DNA of 64,000 nucleotides from an uncultured Bacteriovoracaceae bacterium (GCA_964626465.1 CAZVFP010000004.1:159491-223490), one strand, 5' to 3'. Shown: positions 8,679 through 18,677, counted from the first letter of the stretch. The notes: a model not told the origin generated them from the sequence alone. Numbers and translations: made by a program.

Positions 8679-10523
8679 ATGTCGGCAACCGAGAGCAGCG
8701 TTTCGCCGGAGAGGCTTGAAGAAATCCCGATTGGCCCTGGAGTATATATGTTCTGGGGGCGGAAGACTGAGAAAAGCGATCCCACAGTTCTTTATGTTGG
8801 CAAATCTCGAAAGCTGAGAAACCGTGTTCGCCAGTATTTCGCTGGGCATGGTGATGGACGTCCGTTCGTACGATTTATCCAGCAGAAGACAGAAGAGATT
8901 CGATATATTCTTGTTGGAAGTGAGCAAGAGGCTCTCGTCCTCGAGAATGAGCTGATTAAAAAATACAAGCCCGCCTACAACATTTTGCTTAAGGACGATA
9001 AGCGCTACCTCAGCATTCGTATTGATTACAAACATGAATGGCCAAGAATGGATGTTGTACGAAAAATATATAAAGATGGTGCATTCTATCTCGGGCCCTT
9101 TTCATCCTCCACACAGCTGAGAATGACTCTCGATTATATGCAGAAAATTTTTCCAATGCGAACCTGTAACGATCATAAGCTCTACAATAGAGCGCGCCCT
9201 TGCATGGAATATGAGATCAAGCGATGTGTTGCGCCATGCGTGAAATATATTGAGACGAGTGAATACAAGACGATTGTCGACGGCGCGATGAACTTTCTCA
9301 AGGGCAATCATAGTAACTTGTTGCGGGATCTTGAGATGCAGATGGAGGCCGCTGCGGCCGCTGAACGGTATGAGGAAGCTGCTCGCTTGCGAGATCGAAT
9401 GAAGGCCATTGGCACCACCATTGAAGGCCATGCGATAATCGGTTTTAAGCAGTTGCAGCAGGGCGTTGATCAGGATGCGGTCGGCATCGCAATTGAGGGG
9501 GCAAAAGCCGTGGTTGTGCTTCTGTTTGTTCGCCACGGAATCGTACTTGATAAGAGAGTTTTTGAATTTGATCATACTGTGTTGGATCGAGAAAGTTTGG
9601 TGATCGAATTTCTCAATCGTTACTATTCAACAGAAGTCTATCTGCCGCATGAAATATTGATTCCCTTTATGCTTGATCGAGAATTATTGGATATCGATGT
9701 GGCGGTATTGCAGCCGAGATCCGACGAGAAGAAAAAATTTGTAGATTTGGCTGATGAAAATGCAAAGACGCATCTGCAGGCGGCGCTGCATCGTGCTGAG
9801 AAAACGGAAGAGGTGCTCACTTCTCTGAAAACGGCATTGCATCTTAGCGTTTTTCCGCAACGGATTGATTGCGTGGATATTTCTCATCATCAGGGAGCCG
9901 AGACGGTGGCTTCTGTTGTGAGATTCTATGATGGTCATCCAGAAAAATCTGGATACAGGCGAATTAAGCTCACGGTCGACCAAGTCAATGATTTCGATTC
10001 AATGAAAGAAGCGTTGAGTCGGCGATACAAAACATCAGACGATCTCCCTGATCTTCTGGTGATTGATGGCGGCAAGGGCCAGCTTTCATCGGCTTGCCAT
10101 GTTTTGGATGCCGCAGGTTTTTTGAAAGGGCTGAATATCGTCTCGCTCGCGAAGCCTAAGGATGGAGAGACCATTGATCCTTTGAATCCAAAGAACCGTG
10201 AAAAAATATTTAAGCCAGGCCAAAAAAATCCCATTCTTCTCAAAGAAGGTTCGGCCGAAGAACGACTACTCCAATTCTTGCGAGATGAAGCACATCGATT
10301 TGCGATTACCTATCATCGTGAGAGAAAGGTGAAGCACTTGACCCAATCCGTTTTAGACGATGTTCCGGGGCTGACCCCGCGGCTCAAGGTCACGTTGCTT
10401 AAAAAATTTAAGAAAATCGACGATATTATTGAGGCTTCAGACGATATTCTCCGGCAAGACTTGCCGCCTCGAGTGATTAAGGCACTGCGATTGACATTAA
10501 GAAATGCACTCGTGAAAGTGTAA
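8679..10523 (+). CDS. uvrC: excinuclease ABC subunit C
   Basis: N-terminal GIY-YIG (GVYMFWGR...LYVGKSRKLRNRVRQYF), UVR domain (YEEAARLRDRM), C-terminal RNase H-like/HhH region. Confidence 0.9.
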   Translation: MSATESSVSPERLEEIPIGPGVYMFWGRKTEKSDPTVLYVGKSRKLRNRVRQYFAGHGDGRPFVRFIQQKTEEIRYILVGSEQEALVLENELIKKYKPAYNILLKDDKRYLSIRIDYKHEWPRMDVVRKIYKDGAFYLGPFSSSTQLRMTLDYMQKIFPMRTCNDHKLYNRARPCMEYEIKRCVAPCVKYIETSEYKTIVDGAMNFLKGNHSNLLRDLEMQMEAAAAAERYEEAARLRDRMKAIGTTIEGHAIIGFKQLQQGVDQDAVGIAIEGAKAVVVLLFVRHGIVLDKRVFEFDHTVLDRESLVIEFLNRYYSTEVYLPHEILIPFMLDRELLDIDVAVLQPRSDEKKKFVDLADENAKTHLQAALHRAEKTEEVLTSLKTALHLSVFPQRIDCVDISHHQGAETVASVVRFYDGHPEKSGYRRIKLTVDQVNDFDSMKEALSRRYKTSDDLPDLLVIDGGKGQLSSACHVLDAAGFLKGLNIVSLAKPKDGETIDPLNPKNREKIFKPGQKNPILLKEGSAEERLLQFLRDEAHRFAITYHRERKVKHLTQSVLDDVPGLTPRLKVTLLKKFKKIDDIIEASDDILRQDLPPRVIKALRLTLRNALVKV

Positions 10524-10525
10524 GA

Positions 10526-11164
10526 ATGTTAACTAGTTTTCTATTTTATTTGAATCTTGTATCAGCGACCGGACTCGGCCCACTGTATCCAGATCCATAC
10601 GCAGGATTTGGTGCAGGCGTTTTTCCGAATCGTCGATACAGGCAGGAAAATGGTTCAGTCGTTATGAAGTTGGACCGTGATAGCTATACAACTTTTGGCG
10701 TTCCCCTGAGATTGCCGGGCGACCCAAATTCTGAATGGAGATTTTTTGACTTTGTTTTTACTCCCGAGGTGGCATTCACCAGTTCGATTCTTCAGATAAA
10801 TTTGACTGCAGGGCCTGAATTTGAGCAGAAGTTTGGTTATCGCAGCCGATTGTCGGGGATTCAGTGGAGCCTGCAAGGGGGCATCCATTATGCGAATCTG
10901 TTGAGCCCTACGCATCCTATCGGAGAGGATGGTCGAGAACTTTCTGGCAGTGATACTGATTCATTGGCTTTTCTTTTTAGTCCAGCGTTTGGCCCTCGAA
11001 TTGCAATTACGGATAAATTGGCTTTGCGATTTATGATGAATCCGAAAGTTATGATGGGTTTGATTGCAAAGCGAACCTTTGCGACAAAACAAAATGATTG
11101 GCTTGGTGTGACGATGAGCTTTTATATACAGCTCGAGATGTCAAACTGGCTGCGCGATCTCTAG
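10526..11164 (+). CDS. hypothetical protein (possibly envelope/beta-rich)
   Basis: 212-aa ORF directly after uvrC (3-nt gap); no motif I can assign. Confidence 0.4.
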   Translation: MLTSFLFYLNLVSATGLGPLYPDPYAGFGAGVFPNRRYRQENGSVVMKLDRDSYTTFGVPLRLPGDPNSEWRFFDFVFTPEVAFTSSILQINLTAGPEFEQKFGYRSRLSGIQWSLQGGIHYANLLSPTHPIGEDGRELSGSDTDSLAFLFSPAFGPRIAITDKLALRFMMNPKVMMGLIAKRTFATKQNDWLGVTMSFYIQLEMSNWLRDL

Positions 11165-11241
11165 AAATTTAAGTCCGGAATGATCCGGATATTCCGTCAT
11201 CAGTTGCGATCTTTCTTTGCATTTTAAGCGGCCGCTGAGGG

Positions 11242-13407
11242 TTGCTAGCATTATTGCATCTACCTTTCTTCGTGCGTCGATTTACTAAATTTGAATCTTA
11301 TGAACTTCTCTGGATAAGCGTTTTATTCGGGTCCGCTGTGGGGATCTGGCCTAGCGATCCCTGGCTGATGGTTTTGATTCTCATATTCGGCTTTGCCTTT
11401 GCGAAATCAAGAGCAGTTTTGATTCTAGGTCTTTTCGTTGGGCTGCTCAGAATCCAATTTTCATTTTGGGATGTTCAGGTGGCAAAAGATGCGCCAACTC
11501 AAGTAGAAGCGCATATCGTAAAAACTCAAAAGAGGCATTCCGTCGCAGACATTCAGGGGCAGCTATTTTTTTTGAAGCCTGCAATTGTAGGGCAAACTCT
11601 TGTTGGAAATGTTCAATACAAGCTGTTTCCTACGTTAGAAACCTCGTTTTTTGGAATCAAAGAACGATCGTTTTTTGAACAGCGAATACTTGGCCAGGTA
11701 AAATGGACATCTCCGCCGATTATTTCTGATGACCCGACGTGGTTTGAAAGCTTACGCCGTCGAGTTGAGAGAATTTTTGATACGCAGTATGAAAATCTAA
11801 AATATTTTCGAGCGGGCATGTTTTTGGGCGATGGTTCCGGTTTGCCAAGACAGGTGTGGAAGTCTTTAAACATGCTTGGTTTATCACATGCGATTGTCAT
11901 TTCGGGCTCTCATCTCACCGTGCTCGCAAGTATTTTGATTCTGCTTTTCAGCGTTGCGATGAAAATAATTCCCAGATCGCGAGTTCTGATCCAGCGTGGT
12001 TTCGTGAATGGGGGGATATTGCTTTTTGCTGTTATATGTGGATTTGAAATTTCTTTGATGCGAGCTGTATTGAGTTTCGCACTTGCAACTTTGATTTCAT
12101 TTCGATTTCCGAATCTTCATCGGTTAGAGAATCACAAAAAAATTGCGCTCGTCGGAATTTTTCTTGCGTTGATTCATCCTACAGACGCCTTTCGCCCAAC
12201 TTATATACTCAGCTTTGTGACGACCTGGGGTTTGGTCAGGCTGGGAACTAAGTTAGCGCTTGAGACTTTTTTTATCCCAGCAATCATGGTCTTTTCAGTT
12301 GCGCCATTGCTTTCGATAGTCATTCATCCTCTGAGCCCACTCTGCAATTTGATTTTGTTGCCGATCCTCTATTTTTTAATCGTCCCACTGTCTCTCATTT
12401 CGGTTTTTGTATCTCCGCTCGAACAAGTCGCAGATCAGGCAATTTCTCTATTTTATGTGATCATAGAGACAGTAGCGCGTTGGTTGGAGCTCGTTCCTAG
12501 CTACTCAATACCAAATCCGATGGTGGGGGCTCTTTGTTTGCTGGCGGTTTCTGTCTTGTTGATCCAAAGAGATATGCCCGTCCGAATAAAGATCTTGGTG
12601 AGCGCGGTTGTCGTGGTTTTTTTCTACGGGGCTGCCCATTTCGCCTATCAGAAGCAATCGATAGAGGGCATTCGACTTTCTGCGATCGATATTGGTCAAG
12701 GGGATGGATTTATCTTGGGATGGGGCAATTCGAAGGTTTTGGTTGACGGTGGATCTGATGCATCAGCTTGGAAAAAATTGGCACCGACCCTGGTGAGAGA
12801 GGGCTCTCGCCCTCTGGATCTGTGGGTTTTGACGCATTTTGATCGCGACCATGGCGGGGGATTTGCCGAAATTTCTCGTAATGTCCCGTTCGACACGATT
12901 TGGATTCCAAAATTTGATCGAAAGAAATTTCCACGAACAGATTCGCGAGCCCTTCCCTTCGATGAGAACCAAAAACTGAGCTTCTGCGATGGAAAATACT
13001 GCCTAATTCCATGGATGGATCCGCAACAATACGGAGGCAATCAGTCCGTCACCAATGACAGTTCGCTCGTCTTACTGCTCGTTGATCGAGTGACGGGCAC
13101 CTTGATGGGCGTATTTCTGGGGGATCTTGAAGCCAAGGGTGAGAAGAAGCTCATCGAATACTTGCGTTCGTCGCGTTGGAAAATCCCAATAGGTGGAATT
13201 CGGGTCCTTAAGGTTGGACATCATGGCTCACGTTCTAGCTCCACGGAGGCGCTTCTCGCCTTGCTGAGACCTGAAGTGGCCATTGTTCTTTGTGGCCGTC
13301 ACAATCAGTATGGGCACCCTCATGAGGAAGTCATCCGCAGATTGCGCCAGTATGTTGGTGCGGTGCTTCGAACGGATAGCATTGGAGATTTTGAAGTCTC
13401 TTTTTGA
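11242..13407 (+). CDS. comEC: DNA internalization competence protein ComEC/Rec2 (with metallo-beta-lactamase domain)
   Basis: Multi-TM N-terminal region plus C-terminal MBL fold motifs (AIDIGQGDGFIL..., VLTHFDRDHGGG, KVGHHGSRSSS). Confidence 0.8.
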   Translation: MLALLHLPFFVRRFTKFESYELLWISVLFGSAVGIWPSDPWLMVLILIFGFAFAKSRAVLILGLFVGLLRIQFSFWDVQVAKDAPTQVEAHIVKTQKRHSVADIQGQLFFLKPAIVGQTLVGNVQYKLFPTLETSFFGIKERSFFEQRILGQVKWTSPPIISDDPTWFESLRRRVERIFDTQYENLKYFRAGMFLGDGSGLPRQVWKSLNMLGLSHAIVISGSHLTVLASILILLFSVAMKIIPRSRVLIQRGFVNGGILLFAVICGFEISLMRAVLSFALATLISFRFPNLHRLENHKKIALVGIFLALIHPTDAFRPTYILSFVTTWGLVRLGTKLALETFFIPAIMVFSVAPLLSIVIHPLSPLCNLILLPILYFLIVPLSLISVFVSPLEQVADQAISLFYVIIETVARWLELVPSYSIPNPMVGALCLLAVSVLLIQRDMPVRIKILVSAVVVVFFYGAAHFAYQKQSIEGIRLSAIDIGQGDGFILGWGNSKVLVDGGSDASAWKKLAPTLVREGSRPLDLWVLTHFDRDHGGGFAEISRNVPFDTIWIPKFDRKKFPRTDSRALPFDENQKLSFCDGKYCLIPWMDPQQYGGNQSVTNDSSLVLLLVDRVTGTLMGVFLGDLEAKGEKKLIEYLRSSRWKIPIGGIRVLKVGHHGSRSSSTEALLALLRPEVAIVLCGRHNQYGHPHEEVIRRLRQYVGAVLRTDSIGDFEVSF

Positions 13408-13484
13408 CATTTAGAGGCGGCTTCCATAAATTTTTACTTATTACAGTAGGTTAGGCCTGCACAAAAAGGTTAGGAGATAGGTTT

Positions 13485-13985
13485 ATGATGATGAAAAGTT
13501 TGAAATTAAGAACAACAAAAATGGTTTTTGGAGCAATGGTTTTGGCGCTTTCGTTTGGAATGACTGCATGTTCGTCCAAGTCAAAAAGCAAATCAGGCTC
13601 TGAAGAGTCCGGTAACTACGACAATAAAAAAGAAGGTGGCGTAGGTTTGGGATTGTTGGATCGTATTTATTTTGATTTCGATAAAGCGGAATTAAGCGGC
13701 GATGCGATTGCAACTCTCAAGAACAACGCAGAAGTCATGAAAAAGAGCTCAAAAATGAGAGTTCTTGTTGAAGGCCATTGCGACGAACGTGGCACAAATG
13801 AATACAACGTTGCTCTTGGTGAAAGAAGAGCAAAGACGGCGCTGGATTATTTAGTTTCGATGGGTGTTGCTCGATCACGGCTGGAAGTAAAGAGCTGGGG
13901 TGAAGAGCGACCTGTAGATCTTGGTAAGGACGACAAGGCTTATAGCCAAAATCGTCGAGGTGAGTTCGTCATTCTTGCAAAATAA
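13485..13985 (+). CDS. pal: peptidoglycan-associated lipoprotein Pal (OmpA family)
   Basis: Lipoprotein signal with lipobox (LSFGMTAC), OmpA-like domain (YFDFDKAEL...VEGHCDERGTNEYNVALGERRA). Confidence 0.85.
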   Translation: MMMKSLKLRTTKMVFGAMVLALSFGMTACSSKSKSKSGSEESGNYDNKKEGGVGLGLLDRIYFDFDKAELSGDAIATLKNNAEVMKKSSKMRVLVEGHCDERGTNEYNVALGERRAKTALDYLVSMGVARSRLEVKSWGEERPVDLGKDDKAYSQNRRGEFVILAK

Positions 13986-14006
13986 AAGATTTCAATGTTC
14001 TTTCAG

Positions 14007-14050
14007 CCCGCATGAGGTAAAAATACGTCATGCGGGTTTTTCTTTTTTTA
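14007..14050 (+). terminator. rho-independent terminator after pal; stem overlaps the ybgF start codon
   Basis: Perfect 9-bp stem CCCGCATGA (14007-14015) / TCATGCGGG (14028-14036), 12-nt loop, followed by TTTTTCTTTTTTT; the ybgF ATG (14030-14032) sits inside the 3' half of the stem. Confidence 0.55.
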
Positions 14051-14716
14051 TCTCTAGTATCCACAACGATAGTTGTTTCTGGTTGTGCACAACGCCTTGA
14101 TAATGTCGAAGACAAGTTAGCCGATCTCGACAAAAGAGCCTCAGCGCTTGAAGTCAAAACGGGATCTCCCGTGGGATCTGATCGTGAGTTGCTTCAGGGT
14201 CAGAAATTGGCAGATGTTCGATCTCAGGTGGCCAGTCTCAGAAATGAGCTGACGGTTTTAGCTGGAAAGGTTGAGTCTCTCGAATATGAGACCAAGAGAC
14301 TGACGACCAAAACTGAGGCGATCGATCAAGATATGGCTCAACTACAAAGAGGAAGTGTTAAGAAAGATGAGCCGCAACCCGCGACGGCTGAAGCTCCTCA
14401 GTCCGACTACGATAAGGCGTTAAAAGCCCATCAAGACGGGGATTTTCAGAAATCTGAAAAATTTTTCGCAGCCTTTGTTGCTAAAAATCCAAAGCATCCT
14501 TTGGCAGATAATGCCTTATTTTGGATTGGCGATGGATACATGAGCCAGAAGATGTTCAAGCAAGCGATCGCGAAATTTCAGGATCTTATCGATCGGTTCC
14601 CAAAGTCAGACAAGAAATGCGATGCAATGACTAAGCAAATTCAAGCGTTTAAGGAGCTTGGAATGCAGAAGGAATCTGCGACGTTCTTAAAATTGAGAGA
14701 TGCCGAGTGTAAGTGA
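14030..14716 (+). CDS. ybgF: Tol-Pal system protein YbgF/CpoB (coiled-coil + TPR)
   Basis: Signal peptide (cleavage/lipobox-like VVSGC), heptad-rich coiled coil, C-terminal TPR-like segment; sits downstream of pal as in tol-pal operons. Confidence 0.75.
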   Translation: MRVFLFLSLVSTTIVVSGCAQRLDNVEDKLADLDKRASALEVKTGSPVGSDRELLQGQKLADVRSQVASLRNELTVLAGKVESLEYETKRLTTKTEAIDQDMAQLQRGSVKKDEPQPATAEAPQSDYDKALKAHQDGDFQKSEKFFAAFVAKNPKHPLADNALFWIGDGYMSQKMFKQAIAKFQDLIDRFPKSDKKCDAMTKQIQAFKELGMQKESATFLKLRDAECK

Positions 14717-14762
14717 AGGCACGGCCTAGACGAATAGATTACTCACCTGTAGTCTCCCGTCG

Positions 14763-15782
14763 ATGTGGTACTTTCTAGCATTGGAGTCTTCTTGCGATGA
14801 TACTTCGGCGGCTGTGCTTGCGGCCGAAGAGAAAGATGCCGTGCCTCGTGTCCTCGCACTTTCTGTTCAATCGCAGAATGAAGTGCATGAAAAATTTGGT
14901 GGCGTGGTTCCAGAGCTCGCGTCTCGCGCCCATTTGAGAAATTTGCTTCCCTGCATTCGTAAAGTATTGGAAGAGTCCGGGAAGAAATTGTCTGATATGG
15001 ATGCCTTTATTGCAACCGAGCGGCCAGGCCTGATTGGCTCTCTGATTGTTGGGCATAGCGCGGCAAAGACTTTTGCTGCATTTCACGCAAAACCATTTAT
15101 TTCAGTGAATCATATCGAGGGGCATATCTGTTCAGCGCTTATTGATTCTGAGCCTGAGTTTCCATTTCTCGCTTTGGTCGCCTCTGGCGGGCATACAAGT
15201 TTATTTCAGGTAAATTCAATCGATGATTTTCAATCAATCGGAGTGACTCTCGATGATGCGATCGGTGAAGCTTATGACAAGGGTGCGAAGCTTCTGGGGC
15301 TTGGCTTTCCTGGAGGGCCGCAAATCGATCGAATAGCAAAACTTGGGGACGAAAATAGTTTTCGGTTTGGAAAAGTTAAAACCCCCGATCTGAATTTTAG
15401 CTTTAGTGGAATCAAAAGTGAGTTGGTCCGACTTGTGAAAAAACTCGATAGTCAGCTCGATACAAAAAGGGCTGATCTGGCGGCATCTTTTCAAAAGGCG
15501 TTGCTCGAACATCTGTTTGATAAGCTTGAACTCGCGGCATCGCTGCATGGATCTAGGCGATTAGCCATTGTAGGGGGTGTGGCATCGAATTCGAAATTGA
15601 GAGAAATCTTGAGTCGCTCCCCCTTGTTTGAAAGCGTTTATTTTCCCGAGCTCAAGTTTTGTACTGACAACGCTGCAATGATCGGCGTGAGGGGATTTCG
15701 AAAATTTTTGAAGCATGAATTTTCGGATCTTCAAGCGGATGTTGGTTCAACGAGTCGGCCGAGCATCAGGAGTCGAACTTGA
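14763..15782 (+). CDS. tsaD: tRNA N6-adenosine threonylcarbamoyltransferase
   Basis: LALESSCDDTSAAVL N-terminus and Kae1/TsaD family architecture. Confidence 0.9.
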   Translation: MWYFLALESSCDDTSAAVLAAEEKDAVPRVLALSVQSQNEVHEKFGGVVPELASRAHLRNLLPCIRKVLEESGKKLSDMDAFIATERPGLIGSLIVGHSAAKTFAAFHAKPFISVNHIEGHICSALIDSEPEFPFLALVASGGHTSLFQVNSIDDFQSIGVTLDDAIGEAYDKGAKLLGLGFPGGPQIDRIAKLGDENSFRFGKVKTPDLNFSFSGIKSELVRLVKKLDSQLDTKRADLAASFQKALLEHLFDKLELAASLHGSRRLAIVGGVASNSKLREILSRSPLFESVYFPELKFCTDNAAMIGVRGFRKFLKHEFSDLQADVGSTSRPSIRSRT

Positions 15783-16534
15783 GAGCGCGTTTAGGACAAA
15801 ATTTTTTGGTGGACCTTGAATGGCAACGAAAGATCGTTGGTTATTTCGAAACATCAAAGTTTTTTGGAGAGATTGGTCCCGGACGTGGTGCTCTGACTCA
15901 GTGGTTGAAGCAGGAGCATCCGAATTTTATTGTCTTCGAAAAGGACGAAGAATTAGTCGAGTACCACCGCAAAGTGGGTGGATACGACGTCGTTGCCGGC
16001 GATTTTCTTGATTGGGATTTTAAAGTGAATGGGAATGCAGTTCAGGATTTCGCATTGATCGGGAACCTGCCTTACGAGGTTGGGACGGCAATGATTCAGC
16101 GAATTGTTGAACATGCAGATCAGATTCCGTCTTTCGTATTTCTTCTTCAGAAAGAGGTCGTTGAAAGATTAGCTGCGAGACCAAAGACAAAAGCTTTTGG
16201 ATCTTTGACGGTTCACGTTCAGGGCCAGTATGATTTGGAGGCCCTTGATATCATCCCACCCTCAGCGTTTATGCCGAGACCGCAGGTTCATTCCCAGATT
16301 ATTAGAGGAAAGAGGCGTTCATCTCCCCATCACATTTCAAAAGATTTTTCTCGATTCGTTCAGGCAGCATTTTCTCAAAAGAGAAAAACTCTCAGAAACA
16401 GTCTACTTTCTTCTGTGAATAAGGATAAAATTGATTCCGTGATTTCAAAGTTTAATTTTTCGCCGACGATTCGGGCAGAAGAAATAGCCGTTGATCTTTG
16501 GCCTGCAATTTTTGAAGAGGTGAAGCGTGGCTGA
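15779..16534 (+). CDS. rsmA: 16S rRNA (adenine1518/1519-N6)-dimethyltransferase
   Basis: RARLGQNFLVD start and KsgA-type SAM-binding motifs. Confidence 0.85.
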   Translation: MRARLGQNFLVDLEWQRKIVGYFETSKFFGEIGPGRGALTQWLKQEHPNFIVFEKDEELVEYHRKVGGYDVVAGDFLDWDFKVNGNAVQDFALIGNLPYEVGTAMIQRIVEHADQIPSFVFLLQKEVVERLAARPKTKAFGSLTVHVQGQYDLEALDIIPPSAFMPRPQVHSQIIRGKRRSSPHHISKDFSRFVQAAFSQKRKTLRNSLLSSVNKDKIDSVISKFNFSPTIRAEEIAVDLWPAIFEEVKRG

Positions 16535-16970
16535 CAATCAGATCACCGAAAATCGAAAAGCGAGATTTAATTACGCGGTCACAGAAACCTTTGAGGCTGG
16601 ATTGGTCTTGACGGGAACTGAAGTGAAATCATGCCGGCAGGGGAAGGTGAACTTGACGGATGGTTATGCGGCGTTTAGGGGTGGAGAGCTTTTTCTTCAA
16701 AATGTACATATCGCTGAATATTCCCAAGGCAATCAATTCAATCACGATCCCCGGAGAACTCGAAAGTTATTGCTCCACAAACGCGAGATCGAAAAATTAA
16801 TTGGCCAGCTACAAGGTGGGCTGACTTTAGTTCCACTAAAAATGTATTTTAAGAAAGCCTACGCTAAAGTTTTACTCGGTTTGGCAAAAGGCAAGAAAGA
16901 TCATGATAAGCGTGAAGATCTCAAGAAAAAGCAATCAGATCGAGAAATTCAGCGAGCTGTGAGAAGGTAG
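16527..16970 (+). CDS. smpB: SsrA-binding protein
   Basis: ENRKARFNYAVTETFEAGLVLTGTEVKS matches SmpB. Confidence 0.9.
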   Translation: MADNQITENRKARFNYAVTETFEAGLVLTGTEVKSCRQGKVNLTDGYAAFRGGELFLQNVHIAEYSQGNQFNHDPRRTRKLLLHKREIEKLIGQLQGGLTLVPLKMYFKKAYAKVLLGLAKGKKDHDKREDLKKKQSDREIQRAVRR

Positions 16971-16976
16971 ACGAAC

Positions 16977-17687
16977 TTGAAGAGTGCGAACGACATTGTC
17001 ATTTTTTGCGACGGAGCCTGTTTGGGAAATCCAGGGCCTGGCGCTGCGGCGTGGATTTTGAAAGAGGGGCCTTCTGTCTGTGAAGGCGGTGAATTTCATG
17101 AGGCGACAACAAATAACCGAATGGAGCTTCTTGGCCTATTGCGTGCGCTTGAGAAAATTTCTTTCGGCAAGCTTTCTTCTTTGAAGATATACAGCGATTC
17201 GAAATATGTTTTGACTGGATTGGAATCTTGGATCCCCGGATGGAAACGCCGCGGTTGGCTAACAGCAGAGGGAGATCCCGTGAAGCATCGCGATCTATGG
17301 GAAGCCTTGGACTTGCAGTTGTCCAAATATTCTCGAGAGATTGTCAGCCTCAACTATACGCCCGGGCATCAAGGTATTCCTGGAAATGAAAGATGCGATG
17401 AAATTGCAACGAAGTTGGCGAGAAGAGACCCCGTCGATTTATTTTCTGGCGAACTCGAGAACTATGGTGTGGACCTTACGGTAACCACTCGCACTCATTT
17501 TTCTGAGCCGGTTTACTTGAGTCTGGTCGGTGGTAAGTTGCATCGAGATAAGACTTGGAAAGAGTGCGAGGCACGTGTGCGAGGAAATCGCGGTGCGAAG
17601 TACAAAAAAGTTAAATCTCTTGAGGAAGAGGCAGCGACCCTTCGTGGGTGGGGTTTGTCAGACCCCCACGATAAACATTTTCTCTAG
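16977..17687 (+). CDS. rnhA: ribonuclease HI with a C-terminal hybrid-binding (Cauli_VI-like) domain
   Basis: RNase H core (FCDGACLGNPGPGAAAW..., TNNRMELLGLLRAL, YSDSKYV, NERCDE) followed by a ~70-aa extension VYLSLVGGKLHRDKTWKECEARVRGNRGAKYKKVKSLEEEAATL, which matches the HBD consensus (Y-A-V-x-G-x-x-x-G-I-Y-x-x-W-x-E-C-x-x-x-V-x-G-x-x-G-A-x-Y-K). Confidence 0.8.
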   Translation: MKSANDIVIFCDGACLGNPGPGAAAWILKEGPSVCEGGEFHEATTNNRMELLGLLRALEKISFGKLSSLKIYSDSKYVLTGLESWIPGWKRRGWLTAEGDPVKHRDLWEALDLQLSKYSREIVSLNYTPGHQGIPGNERCDEIATKLARRDPVDLFSGELENYGVDLTVTTRTHFSEPVYLSLVGGKLHRDKTWKECEARVRGNRGAKYKKVKSLEEEAATLRGWGLSDPHDKHFL

Positions 17688-18677
17688 TAATTTTTGGGCC
17701 CGACGCGGAAATCTATGTGATTGACCAGAGTGTCCTCCTTTAAACTCATCAAGTTCAAAAGGAATTTTAAAAAATTCAAGCAGCGACGCGAGCTGACGAT
17801 GACCGAATTGAAGTCCGTGTTCGTCGTCCAAACCGGCATCAAGATAAATGTATCGAAGTTTGTCGAGTTGATTGCGGTGTCTTCGAAAAAGATGAAGAGG
17901 ATCCCAAGCAAGATATTTTGAGAAGACCTCGGGAATGAGAGTTCCTGTTTTGACATCAAAATAAAGTTCGCCAAATAGGGGTCCATTTTTTGGAGCCGGC
18001 GCATAACAAGGAGCGGCTGAAAGTGTGATCAAAGTCATCATGGTGTGACGATTTTGAGATCCAGGATTTGCGTGATTAAAAAAATCCGTAATAAATTTTT
18101 CGGTACTTCCGGACTTTTGTAGTTCAATCGCGGTTGGCACTGCTGATGTCCCATAGAGATTCTCGAAGAAACAATCTGCGGCAGAAGCCCCAATGAACTT
18201 GAAGCGATCTGATCTCTGCGCCCCCGCCACTAGCGCGCCATATCCTCCACTGGAGTGCCCGAGAATTCCGCGGAAATCTGGGGATTTATGTGTGTGGAAT
18301 CGTGAGTCGACTAAATCAACGAGCTCGTCAGCGATATAATCTTGATAGTGCCCGATCGCCGGTGAATTGATGTATTGGCTGCAGCCGAGTTTTGAGGTTC
18401 CATCCGGAAACACTCCAATAAAAGGTCGCATGCGGTTGGCCGTTATTTCTTCGTCAAACACTACTGAGAGAGGTTTAGTGAAAGCGCTATCATCGCTGAG
18501 ATATTTCCACGAGCGTGACCCCCAGCCAGATAAAAAAAATAGCACAGGATAAGGATCTGAATTGGTTAAGGAATATTGAGGGGGAATGTAGACGGCGACC
18601 TTTCGTTCGTATGGATCGCCCATGGGAAAGCCCTTAATTGCACTCGAGGTATGCTGAAGCCATTCAATCATGAGCAA
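17658..18677 (-). CDS. alpha/beta-hydrolase esterase family protein (esterase D / enterochelin-esterase-like)
   Basis: GHSSGGYGAL nucleophile elbow (GxSxG) plus esterase-family surroundings; 3' end overlaps rnhA by 30 nt (convergent). Confidence 0.6.
   Translation of the reverse strand: MLMIEWLQHTSSAIKGFPMGDPYERKVAVYIPPQYSLTNSDPYPVLFFLSGWGSRSWKYLSDDSAFTKPLSVVFDEEITANRMRPFIGVFPDGTSKLGCSQYINSPAIGHYQDYIADELVDLVDSRFHTHKSPDFRGILGHSSGGYGALVAGAQRSDRFKFIGASAADCFFENLYGTSAVPTAIELQKSGSTEKFITDFFNHANPGSQNRHTMMTLITLSAAPCYAPAPKNGPLFGELYFDVKTGTLIPEVFSKYLAWDPLHLFRRHRNQLDKLRYIYLDAGLDDEHGLQFGHRQLASLLEFFKIPFELDEFKGGHSGQSHRFPRRAQKLLEKMFIVGV

Noticed and set aside
11174-11189. Short palindrome TCCGGA-ATGA-TCCGGA after the 10526..11164 ORF as a terminator
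   Set aside because: It has only a 6-bp stem, and the following T-tract is weak and interrupted. The evidence is insufficient to call a terminator.
12505-13040. Several minus-strand ORFs within comEC
   Set aside because: They are nested antisense to the ComEC metallo-beta-lactamase domain with no motifs. I treat them as frame noise.
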